From the NCBI GenBank assembly GCA_040954595.2, contig CM082584.2, positions 1,164,281 through 1,228,280 of the forward strand: a stretch of 64,000 bases of DNA, given 5' to 3'. The notes beneath the pieces are model-generated. The model was not told where the DNA came from. It saw nothing but the letters and a program-made list of their open reading frames with translations, and did no database searches. Origin of the DNA: Balanoglossus misakiensis. Its lineage: Eukaryota; Animalia; Hemichordata. Shown one piece after another: positions 25,501 to 39,600 of this stretch. The translations under genes and the position numbers were made by a program. Position 1 is the stretch's first letter; every line of letters begins with the position of its first letter.

Positions 25501-26439
25501 TTGATGATTTTCCCCCAATGGTTTTTTTCAAAATCGACGAAATTTTGAGATTTTGCAAAGTCGAAAATTTGTCATTTTTTGATGATTTTCCCCCATGTTT
25601 TTTTTTTAAATGGACGAAATTTTGAGATTTTGCAAAGACGAAAATTTGTCATTTTTTGATGATTTTTACCCATGATTTTTTTTCAAAAATGGACGAAATT
25701 TTGAGATTTTGCAAAGTCGAAAATTTGTCATTTTTTGATGATTTTCCCCCATGTTTTTTTTTTAAAATGGACGAAATTTTGAGATTTTGCAAAAACGAAA
25801 ATTTGTCATTTTTTGATGATTTTTACCCATGATTTTTTTTCAAAAATGGACGAAATTTTGAGATTTTGCAAAGACGACAATTTGTCATTTTTTGATGATT
25901 TTCACCAATGTTTTTTTTTTTTAAATCGACGAACCTATGATTTTTTTCAAAATCGACGAAATTTTGTGATTTTACAAAGTCGAAAATTTTGTCATTTTTT
26001 GATGATTTTCACCATGATTTTTTTTCAAAAATCGACGAAATTTTGAGATTTTGCAAAGTTGAAAATTTGTCATTTTTTGATGATTTTCACCCATGATTTT
26101 TTCAAAAATCGACGAAATTTTGAGATTTTGCAAAGTCGAAAATTTGTCATATTTTGATGATTTTCACCAATGTTTTTTTTTTAAAAATCGACGAACCTAT
26201 GATTTTTTTCAAAATCGACGAAATTTTGTGATTTTACAAAGTCGAAAATTTTGTCATTTTTTGATGATTTTCACCATGATTTTTTTTCAAAAATCGACGA
26301 AATGTTGAGATTTTGCAAAGTCGAAAATGTGTCATTTTTTGATGATTTTCACCCATGATTTTTATTCAAAAATCGACGAAATTTTGAGATTTTGCAAAGT
26401 CGAAAATTTGTCATTTTTTGATGATTTTCACCCATATTA
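10525..26439 (+). repeat. 78-bp AT-rich satellite DNA, segment 1
   Basis: Head-to-tail monomer GTCATTTTTTGATGATTTTCACCCATGATTTTTTTCAAAAATCGACGAAATTTTGAGATTTTGCAAAGTCGAAAATTT (77-80 bp by T-run slippage; a ~105-bp variant is also present). Confidence 0.98.
15300..19350 (+). repeat. Higher-order repeat: 1014-bp (13-mer) unit, ~4 copies
   Basis: Identical 75-aa artefact ORFs at 15471, 16485, 17499 and 18513 (period 1014 = 13x78). Diagnostic variants (TTACAAAAATCG, GATTCTGCAAAGTCGATAAT) recur in register. Confidence 0.9.
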
Positions 26440-27686
26440 CTACGATATTCAGAATAACAAATGCCAAACTAGCAACACCGGCTTTCTTTGAGGGGGCCAC
26501 CGGCTTTCTTTGAGGGGGCCCGACACGTTATCTCTAAAATTGTAACAACGTCACAATTTAGTAGACAAAGAGGCGCCCCCCCCCATCCCTATTGCGCAGT
26601 TGAAGTCCGTGCGTGTTGAGAGAGACGTGTCGACTCGAACGCTGCTTAGGAAGCTCGTAGTTACCTTCTTACCGGGACATTTGTACTTGAACGGACTGGG
26701 TTCCTCCCACTTCAGGTCGGTAGATTCCTGTGAAGCAGAGACGTGAATTTTGCCGTTCCTAGTGCCGCGGGTTGCAGTGTATCCCGTCTGTTGAACTTTT
26801 TTAGAGATTGAGATGAGAATTAGCAGTGTAGGATAGAGACGACGTACCAAACTGCCGTGTTGTATTCTGAATTTGTGTTGAAATAAATACGACGGAAGAG
26901 TTTGAACGGCATTGCTGTGTGGACTGATAGTTTTGTGGCAAATTCGGGCGTGCGAGGCCGCCGCTAACCTTGCCGCGATCACCCGGCCGCTTGAGAACTT
27001 TCTCGACCTACGCACGAACTTGTTGTTTGTGGCAGCAATCGTGACAGGTTACGTTGTTTGAAAAAAAACGTTGACGCGTCAATGCGCCCAGCGGCGGACG
27101 CCACATGAATTTTTCAGATCTGGCTTTTTCAACGTGTTTGTTTGGCGTTCATGATTTAGTATATATCCATGTTCTTGTTCCGCTATTTCCCATTCCGAAA
27201 ACCCCAAAGTTTTGACTAGAAAAGGCCTCAGACACCTTCATATGCTGTCCGGCAGCCGGGGTGGGATATCCGACCGCGGTGCAGCTCAAAGTGGCGTGGA
27301 GCTGGTAATGTTGGGAACAGTGCAGCCGGCCGGTGGATCGACGTCTTAGCCTACACTTTCATACCCGCCGGCGTGCGGCAATCGGGAGGAACCCAGTCCG
27401 TTCAAGCGCAAATGTCCCGGTCAGTAGGTAACTACGAGCTTCGTAGAGCAGCGTTCGACACGCTAAACAACTCTCGTCGTCCGTGTTCAAGTCAGTCTCC
27501 TACCCCTTTCTGTTCACGTCTCTCTCTCAACACGCACGTACTTCAACTGCGCAATTGGGATGGGGGACGCCTCTCTGTCTAGTACATTGTGACGTTGTTA
27601 CAATTTTAGAGATAACGCGTTGCTGGCATGAAAGAAATACGATGTTGCCAGTTTGCCGTTTGGTGCTGGTAAAAAGAATTCCGTGG
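26440..27686. mobile_element. Non-autonomous TIR DNA transposon (MITE-like), 1247 bp, TA target-site duplication
   Basis: The empty site CCCATATTATTTTTCAAAAACCG is split as CCCATAT-TA[CTACG...CGTGG]TA-TTTTTCAAAAACCG. Imperfect inverted arms span ~26440-26708 and ~27384-27686 (shared CGTTATCTCTAAAATTGTAACAACGTCACAAT and GAACGGACTGGGTTCCTCCC). No transposase ORF recognised. Confidence 0.88.
26476..26519 (+). repeat. 22-bp tandem duplication in left arm of the TIR element
   Basis: CACCGGCTTTCTTTGAGGGGGC occurs twice in tandem. Confidence 0.9.
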
Positions 27687-30600
27687 TATTTTTCAAAAAC
27701 CGACGAAATTTTGAGATTTAGCAAAGACGAAAATTTGTCATTTTTTGATGATTTTTACCCATGATTTTTTCAAAAATCGACGAAATTTTGAGATTTTGCA
27801 AAGTCGAAAATTTGTCATTTTTTGATGATTTTCACCCATGATTTTTTTCAAAAATCGACGAAATTTTAAGATTTTGCAAAGACGAAAATTTGTCATTTTT
27901 TGATGATTTTTACCCATGATTTTTTTTCAAAAATCGACGAAATTTTTAGATTTTTCAAAGTCGAAAATGTGTCATTTTTTCATGATTTTCACCCATGATT
28001 TTTTTTCAAAAATCGACGAAATTTTGAGATTTTGCATAATCGAAAATGTGTCATTTTTTGATGATTTTTACCCATGATTTTTTTTCAAAAATCGACGAAA
28101 TTTTGAGATTTTGCAAAGTCGAAAATTTGTCATTTTTTGATGATTTTCACCCATGTTTTTTTTTTAAAAATCGACGAACCTATGATTTTTTTCAAAATGG
28201 ACGAAATTTTGTGATTTTACAAAGTCGAAAATTTTGTCATTTTTTGATGATTTTCAACCATGATTTTTTTTCAAAAATCGACGAAAATTTGAGATTTTGC
28301 AAAGACGAAAATTTGTCATTTTTGATGATTTTTACCCATGATTTTTATTCAAAAATGGACGAAATTTTGAGATTTTGCAAAGACGAACATTTGTCATTTT
28401 TTGATGATTTTCACCCATGATTTTTTTTTCAAAAATCGACGAAATTTTGAGATTTTGCAAAGTCGAAAATTTGTCATTTTTTGATGATTTTGCCCCATGT
28501 TTTTTTTTTAAAATGGACGAAATTTTGAGATTTTGCAAAGTCGAAAATTTGTCATTTTTTGATGATTTTCACCCATGATTTTTTCAAAAATCGACGAAAT
28601 TTTGAGATTTTGCAAAGTCGAAAATTTGTCATATTTTGATGATTTTCACCAATGGTTTTTTTTTAAAAATCGACGAACCTATGATTTTTTTCAAAATCGA
28701 CGAAATTTTGTGATTTTACAAAGTCGAAAATTTTGTCATTTTTTGATGATTTTCACTATGATTTTTTTTCAAAAATCGACGAAATGTTGAGATTTTGCAA
28801 AGTCGAAAATGTGTCATTTTTTGATGATTTTCACCCATGATTTTTATTCAAAAATCGACGAAATTTTGAGATTTTGCAAAGTCGAAAATTTGTCATTTTT
28901 TGATGATTTTCACCCATATTATTTTTCAAAAACCGACGAAATTTTGAGATTTAGCAAAGACGAAAATTTGTCATTTTTTGATGATTTTTACCCATGATTT
29001 TTTCAAAAATTGACGAAATTTTGAGATTTTGCAAAGTCGAAAATTTGTCATTTTTTGATGATTTTCACCCAAGATTTTTTTCAAAAATCGACGAAATTTT
29101 AAGATTTTGCAAAGACGAAAATTTGTCATTTTTTGATGATTTTTACCCATGATTTTTTTTCAAAAGTCGACGAAATTTTTAGATTTTTCAAAGTCGAAAA
29201 TGTGTCATTTTTTCATGATTTTCACCCATGATTTTTTTTCAAAAATCGACGAAATTTTGAGATTTTGCATAATCGAAAATGTGTCATTTTTTGATGATTT
29301 TTACCCATGATTTTTTTTCAAAAATCGACGAAATTTTGAGATTTTGCAAAGTCGAAAATTTGTCATTTTTTGATGATTTTCACCCGTTTTTTTTTTTAAA
29401 ATCGACGAACCTATGATTTTTTTCAAAATCGACGAAATTTTGTGATTTTACAAAGTCGAAAATTTTGTCATTTTTTGGTGATTTTCAACCATGATTTTTT
29501 TTCAAAAATCGACGAAAATTTGAGATTTTGCAAAGACGAAAATTTGTCATTTTTGATGATTTTTACCCATGATTTTTATTCAAAAATGGACGAAATTTTG
29601 AGATTTTGCAAAGACGAAAATTTGTCATTTTTTGATGATTTTCACCCATGATTTTTTTTTCAAAAATCGACGAAATTTTGAGATTTTGCAAAGTCGAAAA
29701 TTTGTCATTTTTTGATGATTTTGCCCCATGTTTTTTTTTTTAAATGGACGAAATTTTGAGATTTTGCAAAGTCGAAAATTTGTCATTTTTTGATGATTTT
29801 CACCCATGTTTTTTTTTTAAAATCGACGAACCTATGATTTTTTTCAAAATCGACGAAATTTTGAGATTTTGCAAAGTCGAAAATGTGTCATTTTTTGATG
29901 ATTTTCACCCATGATTTTTATTCAAAAATCGACGAAATTTTGAGATTTTGCAAAGTCGAAAATTTGTCATTTTTTGATGATTTTCACCCATATTATTTTT
30001 CAAAAACCGACGAAATTTTGAGATTTAGCAAAGACGAAAATTTGTCATTTTTTGATGATTTTTACCCATGATTTTTTCAAAAATTGACGAAATTTTGAGA
30101 TTTTGCAAAGTCGAAAATTTGTCATTTTTTGATGATTTTCACCCATGATTTTTTTCAAAAATCGACGAAATTTTAAGATTTTGCAAAGACGAAAATTTGT
30201 CATTTTTGATAATTTTTACCAATGATTTTTTTTCAAAAATCGACGAAATTTTTAGATTTTTCAAAGTCGAAAATGTGTCATTTTTTCATGATTTTCACCC
30301 ATGATTTTTTTTCAAAAATCGACGAAATTTTGAGATTTTGCATAATCGAAAATGTGTCATTTTTTGATGATTTTTACCCATGATTTTTTTGCAAAAATCG
30401 ACGAAATTTTGAGATTTTGCAAAGTCGAAAATTTGTCATTTTTTGATGATTTTCACTCATGTTTTTTTTTTAAAAATCGACGAACCTAGGATTTTTTTCA
30501 AAATCGACGAAATTTTGTGATTTTACAAAGTCGAAAATTTTGTCATTTTTTGATGATTTTCAACCATGATTTTTTTTCAAAAATCGACGAAAATTTGAGA

Positions 30601-33600
30601 TTTTGCAAAGACGAAAATTTGTCATTTTTGATGATTTTTACCCATGATTTTTATTCAAAAATGGACGAAATTTTGAGATTTTGCAAAGACGAAAATTTGT
30701 CATTTTTTGATGATTTTCACCCATGATTTTTTTTTTCAAAAATCGACGAAATTTTGAGATTTTGCAAAGTCGAAAATTTGTCATTTTTTGATGATTTTGC
30801 CCCATGTTTTTTTTTTTAAATGGACGAAATTTTGAGATTTTGCAAAGACGAAAATTTTTCATTTTTTGATGATTTTCAACCATGTTTTTTTTTTAAAAAT
30901 CGACGAACCTATGATTTTTTTCAAAATCGACGAAATTTTGTGATTTTACAAAGTCGAAAATTTTGTCATTTTTTGATGATTTTCCCCCATGTTTTTTTTT
31001 TAAAATGGACGAAATTTTGAGATTTTGCAAAAACGAAAATTTGTCATTTTTTGATGATTTTTACCCATGATTTTTTTTCAAAAATGGACGAAATTTTGAG
31101 ATTTAGCAAAGACGAAAATTTGTCATTTTTTGATGATTTTCACCATGATTTTTTTTCAAAAATCGACGAAATTTTAAGATTTTGCAAAGACGAAAATTTG
31201 TCATTTTTGATGATTTTTACCCATGATTTTTTTCAAAAATCGACGAAATTTTTAGATTTTTCAAAGTCGAAAATGTGTCATTTTTTCATGATTTTCACCC
31301 ATGATTTTTTTTCAAAAATCGACGAAATTGTGAGATTTTGCAAAGTCGAAAATTTTTCATTTTTTGATGATTTTCACCCATGTTTTTTTTTTAAAATCGA
31401 CGAACCTATGATTTTTTTCAAAATCGACGAAATTTTGAGATTTTGCAAAGTCGAAAATGTGTCATTTTTTGATGATTTTCACCCATGATTTTTATTCAAA
31501 AATCGACGAAATTTTGAGATTTTGCAAAGTCGAAAATTTGTCATTTTTTGATGATTTTCACCCATATTATTTTTCAAAAACCGACGAAATTTTGAGATTT
31601 AGCAAAGACGAAAATTTGTCATTTTTTGATGATTTTTACCCATGATTTTTTCAAAAATTGACGAAATTTTGAGATTTTGCAAAGTCGAAAATTTGTCATT
31701 TTTTGATGATTTTCACCCATGATTTTTTTCAAAAATCGACGAAATTTTAAGATTTTGCAAAGACGAAAATTTGTCATTTTTGATGATTTTTACCCATGAT
31801 TTTTTTTCAAAAATCGACGAAATTTTTAGATTTTTCAAAGTCGAAAATGTGTCATTTTTTCATGATTTTCACCCATGATTTTTTTTCAAAAATCGACGAA
31901 ATTTTGAGATTTTGCATAATCGAAAATGTGTCATTTTTTGATGATTTTTACCCATGATTTTTTTTCAAAAATCGACGAAATTTTGAGATTTTGCAAAGTC
32001 GAAAATTTGTCATTTTTTGATGATTTTCACCCATGTTTTTTTTTAAAAATCGACGAACCTAGGATTTTTTTCAAAATCGACGAAATTTTGTGATTTTACA
32101 AAGTCGAAAATTTTGTCATTTTTTGATGATTTTCAACCATGATTTTTTTTCAAAAATCGACGAAAATTTGAGATTTTGCAAAGACGAAAATTTGTCATTT
32201 TTGATGATTTTTACCCATGATTTTTATTCAAAAATGGACGAAATTTTGAGATTTTGCAAAGACGAAAATTTGTCATTTTTTGATGATTTTCACCCATGAT
32301 TTTTTTTTCAAAAATCGACGAAATTTTGAGATTTTGCAAAGTCGAAAATTTGTCATTTTTTGATGATTTTGCCCCATGTTTTTTTTTTTAAATGGACGAA
32401 ATTTTGAGATTTTGCAAAGACGAAAATTTTTCATTTTTTGATGATTTTCAACCATGTTTTTTTTTTAAAAATCGACGAACCTATGATTTTTTTCAAAATC
32501 GACGAAATTTTGTGATTTTACAAAGTCGAAAATTTTGTCATTTTTTGATGATTTTCACCATGATTTTTTTTCAAAAATCGACGAAATTTTGAGATTTTGC
32601 AAAGTCGAAAATTTGTCATTTTTTGATGATTTTCACCCATGATTTTTTCAAAAATCGACGAAATTTTGAGATTTTGCAAAGTCGAAAATTTGTCATATTT
32701 TGATGATTTTCACCAATGTTTTTTTTTAAAAATCGACGAACCCATGATTTTTTTCAAAATCGACGAAATTTTGAGATTTTGCATAATCGAAAATTTGTCA
32801 TTTTTTGATGATTTTCACCCATGATTTTTTCAAAAATCGACGAAATTTTGAGATTTTGCAAAGTCGAAAATTTGTCATATTTTGATGATTTTCACCAATG
32901 TTTTTTTTTAAAAATCGACGAACCCATGATTTTTTTCAAAATCGACGAAATTTTGAGATTTTGCATAATCGAAAATTTGTCATTTTTTGATGATTTTCAC
33001 CCATGATTTTTTTTAAAAATGAACGAAATTTTGAGATTTTGCAAAGTCAAAAATTTGTCGTTTTTTGATGATTTTCAACCATTATTTTTTTTCAAAAATG
33101 GACGAAATTTTGAGATTTTGAAAAGACGAAAATTTGTCATTTTTTGATGATTTTCACCATGATTTTTTTTCAAAAATCGACGAAATTTTGAGATTTTGCA
33201 AAGTCGAAAATTTGTCATTTTTTGATGATTTTCACCATGATTTTTTTCAAAAATCGACGAAATTTTGAGATTTTGCAAAGTCGAAAATTTGTCATATTTT
33301 GATGATTTTCACCAATGTTTTTTTTTAAATGGACGAAATTTTGAGATTTTGAAAAGACGAAAATTTGTCATTTTTTGATGATTTTCACCATGATTTTTTT
33401 TCAAAAATCGACGAAATTTTGAGATTTTGCAAAGTCGAAAATTTGTCATTTTTTGATGATTTTCACCATGATTTTTTTTCAAAAATCGACGAAATTTTGA
33501 GATTTTGCAAAGTCGAAAATTTGTCATTTTTTGATGATTTTCACCCATGATTTTTTTCAAAAATCGACGAAATGTTGAGATTTTGCAAAGTCGAAAATTT

Positions 33601-36600
33601 GTCATTTTTTGATGATTTTCACCCATGATTTTTTTTCAAAAATCGACGAAATGTTGAGATTTTGCATAATCGAAAATGTGTCATTTTTTCATGATTTTCA
33701 CCCATGATTTTTTTTCAAAAATCGACGAAATTTTGAGATTTTGCATAATCGAAAATGTGTCATTTTTTGATGATTTTTACCCATGATTTTTTTTCAAAAA
33801 TCGACGAAATTTTGAGATTTTGCAAAGTCGAAAATTTGTCATTTTTTGATGATTTTCACCCATGTTTTTTTTTTAAAAATCGACGAACCTAGGATTTTTT
33901 TCAAAATCGACGAAATTTTGTGATTTTACAAAGTCGAAAATTTTGTCATTTTTTGATGATTTTCAACCATGATTTTTTTTCAAAAATCGACGAAAATTTG
34001 AGATTTTGCAAAGACGAAAATTTGTCATTTTTGATGATTTTTACCCATGATTTTTATTCAAAAATGGACGAAATTTTGAGATTTTGCAAAGACGAAAATT
34101 TGTCATTTTTTGATGATTTTCACCCATGATTTTTTTTTTCAAAAATCGACGAAATTTTGAGATTTTGCAAAGTCGAAAATTTGTCATTTTTTGATGATTT
34201 TGCCCCATGTTTTTTTTTTTAAATGGACGAAATTTTGAGATTTTGCAAAGACGAAAATTTTTCATTTTTTGATGATTTTCAACCATGTTTTTTTTTTAAA
34301 AATCGACGAACCTATGATATTTTTCAAAATCGACGAAATTTTGTGATTTTGCATAATCGAAAATTTGTCATTTTTTGATGATTTTCACCCATGATTTTTT
34401 TTAAAAATGAACGAAATTTTGAGATTTTGCAAAGTCAAAAATTTGTCTTTTTTTGATGATTTTCAACCATTATTTTTTTTCAAAAATGGACGAAATTTTG
34501 AGATTTTGAAAAGACGAAAATTTGTCATTTTTTGATGATTTTCACCATGATTTTTTTTCAAAAATCGACGAAATTTTGAGATTTTGCAAAGTCGAAAATT
34601 TGTCATTTTTTGATGATTTTCACCATGATTTTTTTTCAAAAATCGACGAAATTTTGAGATTTTGCAAAGTCGAAAATTTGTCATTTTTTGATGATTTTCA
34701 CCCATGATTTTTTTCAAAAATCGACGAAATGTTGAGATTTTGCAAAGTCGAAAATTTGTCATTTTTTGATGATTTTCACCCATGATTTTTTTTCAAAAAT
34801 CGACGAAATTTTGAGATTTTGCATAATCGAAAATGTGTCATTTTTTGATAATTTTCACCCATGATTTTTTTTTAAAAATCGACGAACCTAGGATTTTTTT
34901 CAAAATCGACGAAATTTTGTGATTTTACAAAGTCGAAAATTTTGTCATTTTTTGATGATTTTCAACCATGATTTTTTTTCAAAAATCGACGAAAATTTGA
35001 GATTTTGCAAAGACGAAAATTTGTCATTTTTGATGATTTTTACCCATGATTTTTATTCAAAAATGGACGAAATTTTGAGATTTTGCAAAGACGAAAATTT
35101 GTCATTTTTTGATGATTTTCACCCATGATTTTTTTTTTCAAAAATCGACGAAATTTTGAGATTTTGCAAAGTCGAAAATTTGTCATTTTTTGATGATTTT
35201 GCCCCATGTTTTTTTTTTTAAATGGACGAAATTTTGAGATTTTGCAAAGACGAAAATTTTTCATTTTTTGATGATTTTCAACCATGTTTTTTTTTTAAAA
35301 ATCGACGAACCTATGATATTTTTCAAAATCGACGAAATTTTGTGATTTTGCATAATCGAAAATTTGTCATTTTTTGATGATTTTCACCCATGATTTTTTT
35401 TAAAAATGAACGAAATTTTGAGATTTTGCAAAGTCAAAAATTTGTCTTTTTTTGATGATTTTCAACCATTATTTTTTTTCAAAAATGGACGAAATTTTGA
35501 GATTTTGAAAAGACGAAAATTTGTCATTTTTTGATGATTTTCACCATGATTTTTTTTCAAAAATCGACGAAATTTTGAAATTTTGCAAAGTCGAAAATTT
35601 GTCATTTTTTGATGATTTTCACCATGATTTTTTTTCAAAAATCGACGAAATTTTGAGATTTTGCAAAGTCGAAAATTTGTCATTTTTTGATGATTTTCAC
35701 GAATGATTTTTTTCAAAAATCGACGAAATGTTGAGATTTTGCAAAGTCGAAAATTTGTCATTTTTTGATGATTTTCACCCATGATTTTTTTTCAAAAATC
35801 GACGAAATTTTGAGATTTTGCATAATCGAAAATGTGTCATTTTTTGATAATTTTCACCCATGATTTTTTTCAAAAATCGACGAAATTTTGAGATTTTGCA
35901 AAGTCGAAAATTTGTCATTTTTTGATGATTTTCACCCATGTTTTTTTTTTAAAAATCGACGAATCTATGATTTTTTTCAAAATCGACGAAATTTTTTGAT
36001 TTTACAAAGTCGAAAATTTTGTCATTTTTTGATGATTTTCAACCATGATTTTTTTTCAAAAATCGACGAAAATTTGAGATTTTGCAAAGACGAAAATTTG
36101 TCATTTTTGATGATTTTTACCCATGATTTTTATTCAAAAATGGACGAAATTTTGAGATTTTGCAAAGACGAAAATTTGTCATTTTTTGATGATTTTCACC
36201 CATGATTTTTTTTCAAAAATCGACGAAATTTTGAGATTTTGCAAAGTCGAAAATTTGTCATTTTTTGATAATTTTCAACCATTATTTTTTTTCAAAATCC
36301 ACGAAATTTTGAGATTTTGCAAAGTCGAAAATTTGTCATTTTTTGATGATTTTCCCCCATGTTTTTTTTTTTAAATGGACGAAATTTTGAGATTTTGCAA
36401 AGACGAAAATTTGTCATTTTTTGATGATTTTTACCCATGATTTGTTTTCAAAAATGGACGAAATTTTGAGATTTTGCAAAGTCGAAAATTTGTCATTTTT
36501 TGATGATTTTCACCAATATTATTTTTCAAAAACCGACGAAATTTTGAGATTTAGCAAAGAAGAAAATTTGTCATTTTTTGATGATTTTCACCCATGATTT

Positions 36601-39600
36601 TTTTTCAAAAATCGACGAAATTTTGAGATTTTGCATAATCGAAAATGTGTCATTTTTTGATAATTTTCACCCATGATTTTTTTCAAAAATCGACGAAATT
36701 TTGAGATTTTGCAAAGTCGAAAATTTGTCATTTTTTGATGATTTTCACCCATGTTTTTTTTTTAAAAATCGACGAACCTATGATTTTTTTCAAAATCGAC
36801 GAAATTTTTTGATTTTACAAAGTCGAAAATTTGTCATTTTTTGATAATTTTCAACCATTATTTTTTTTCAAAATCGACGAAATTTTGAGATTTTGCAAAG
36901 TCGAAAATTTGTCATTTTTTGATGATTTTCCCCCATGTTTTTTTTTTTAAATGGACGAAATTTTGAGATTTTGCAAAGACGAAAATTTGTCATTTTTTGA
37001 TGATTTTTACCCATGATTTTTTTTCAAAAATGGACGAAATTTTGAGATTTTGCAAAGTCGAAAATTTGTCATTTTTTGATGATTTTCACCAATATTATTT
37101 TTCAAAAACCGACGAAATTTTGAGATTTAGCAAAGAAGAAAATTTGTCATTTTTTGATGATTTTCACCCATGATTTTTTTTCAAAAATCGACGAAATTTT
37201 GAGATTTTGCATAATCGAAAATGTGTCATTTTTGATAATTTTCACCCATGATTTTTTTCAAAAATCGACGAAATTTTGAGATTTTGCAAAGTCGAAAATT
37301 TGTCATTTTTTGATGATTTTCACCCATGTTTTTTTTTTAAAAATCGACGAACCTATGATTTTTTTCAAAATCGACGAAATTTTTTGATTTTACAAAGTCG
37401 AAAATTTTGTCATTTTTTGATGATTTTCAACCATGATTTTTTTTCAAAAATCGACGAAAATTTGAGATTTTGCAAAGACGAAAATTTGTCATTTTTGATG
37501 ATTTTTACCCATGATTTTTATTCAAAAATGGACGAAATTTTGAGATTTTGCAAAGACGAAAATTTGTCATTTTTTGATGATTTTCACCCATGATTTTTTT
37601 TTCAAAAATCGACGAAATTTTGAGATTTTGCAAAGTCGAAAATTTGTCATTTTTTGATGATTTTGCCCCATGTTTTTTTTTTTAAATGGACGAAATTTTG
37701 AGATTTTGCAAAGTCGAAAATTTGTCATTTTTTGATGATTTTCACCCATGTTTTTTTTTTAAAATCGACGAACCTATGATTTTTTTCAAAATCGACGAAA
37801 TTTTGAGATTTTGCAAAGTCGAAAATTTGTCATTTTTTGATGATTTTCACCCATATTATTTTTCAAAAACCGACGAAATTTTGAGATTTAGCAAAGACGA
37901 AAATTTGTCATTTTTTGATGATTTTTACCCATGATTTTTTCAAAAATTGACGAAATTTTGAGATTTTGCAAAATCGAAAATTTGTCATTTTTTGATGATT
38001 TTCACCCATGATTTTTTTCAAAAATCGACGAAATTTTAAGATTTTGCAAAGACGAAAATTTGTCATTTTTGATGATTTTTACCCATGATTTTTTTTCAAA
38101 AATCGACGAAATTTTTAGATTTTTCAAAGTCGAAAATGTGTCATTTTTTCATGATTTTCACCCATGATTTTTTTTCAAAAATCGACGAAATTTTGAGATT
38201 TTGCATAATCGAAAATGTGTCATTTTTTGATGATTTTTACCCATGATTTTTTTTCAAAAATCGACGAAATTTTGAGATTTTGCAAAGTCGAAAATTTGTC
38301 ATTTTTTGATGATTTTCACTCATGTTTTTTTTTTAAAAATCGACGAACCTAGGATTTTTTTCAAAATCGACGAAATTTTGTGATTTTACAAAGTCGAAAA
38401 TTTTGTCATTTTTTGATGATTTTCAACCATGATTTTTTTTCAAAAATCGACGAAAATTTGAGATTTTGCAAAGACGAAAATTTGTCATTTTTGATGATTT
38501 TTACCCATGATTTTTATTCAAAAATGGACGAAATTTTGAGATTTTGCAAAGACGAAAATTTGTCATTTTTTGATGATTTTCACCCATGATTTTTTTTTCA
38601 AAAATCGACGAAATTTTGAGATTTTGCAAAGTCGAAAATTTGTCATTTTTTGATGATTTTGCCCCATGTTTTTTTTTTTAAATGGACGAAATTTTGAGAT
38701 TTTGCAAAGACGAAAATTTTTCATTTTTTGATGATTTTCACCCATGTTTTTTTTTTAAAATCGACGAACCTATGATTTTTTTCAAAATCGACGAAATTTT
38801 GAGATTTTGCAAAGTCGAAAATGTGTCATTTTTTGATGATTTTCACCCATGATTTTTATTCAAAAATGGACGAAATTTTGAGATTTTGCAAAGTCGAAAA
38901 TTTGTAATTTTTTGATGATTTTCACCCATATTATTTTTCAAAAACCGACGAAATTTTGAGATTTAGCAAAGACGAAAATTTGTCATTTTTTGATGATTTT
39001 TACCCATGATTTTTTCAAAAATTGACGAAATTTTGAGATTTTGCAAAGTCGAAAATTTGTCATTTTTTGATGATTTTCACCCATGATTTTTTTCAAAAAT
39101 CGACGAAATTTTAAGATTTTGCAAAGACGAAAATTTGTCATTTTTTGATGATTTTTACCCATGATTTTTTTTCAAAAATGGACGAAATTTTGAGATTTTT
39201 CAAAGTCGAAAATGTGTCATTTTTTCATGATTTTTACCCATGATTTTTATTCAAAAATGGACGAAATTTTGAGATTTTGCAAAGACGAAAATTTGTCATT
39301 TTTTGATAATTTTCACCCATGATTTTTTTTTCAAAAATCGACGAAATTTTGAGATTTTGCAAAGTCGAAAATTTGTCATTTTTTGATGATTTTGCCCCAT
39401 GTTTTTTTTTTTAAATGGACGAAATTTTGAGATTTTGCAAAGACGAAAATTTTTCATTTTTTGATGATTTTCAACCATGTTTTTTTTTTAAAAATCGACG
39501 AACCTATGATTTTTTTCAAAATCGACGAAATTTTGTGATTTTACAAAGTCGAAAATTTTGTCATTTTTTGATGATTTTCACCATGATTTTTTTTCAAAAA

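Noticed and set aside
26551-27015. 154-aa ORF in the TIR element as a transposase
   Set aside because: No DDE/HTH features, non-ATG start, and it runs through the inverted-repeat arm.
27180-27260. FPFRKP read resembling a THAP-domain FPxP motif
   Set aside because: Too short; the flanking Cys/Trp/His residues of THAP could not be placed in frame.
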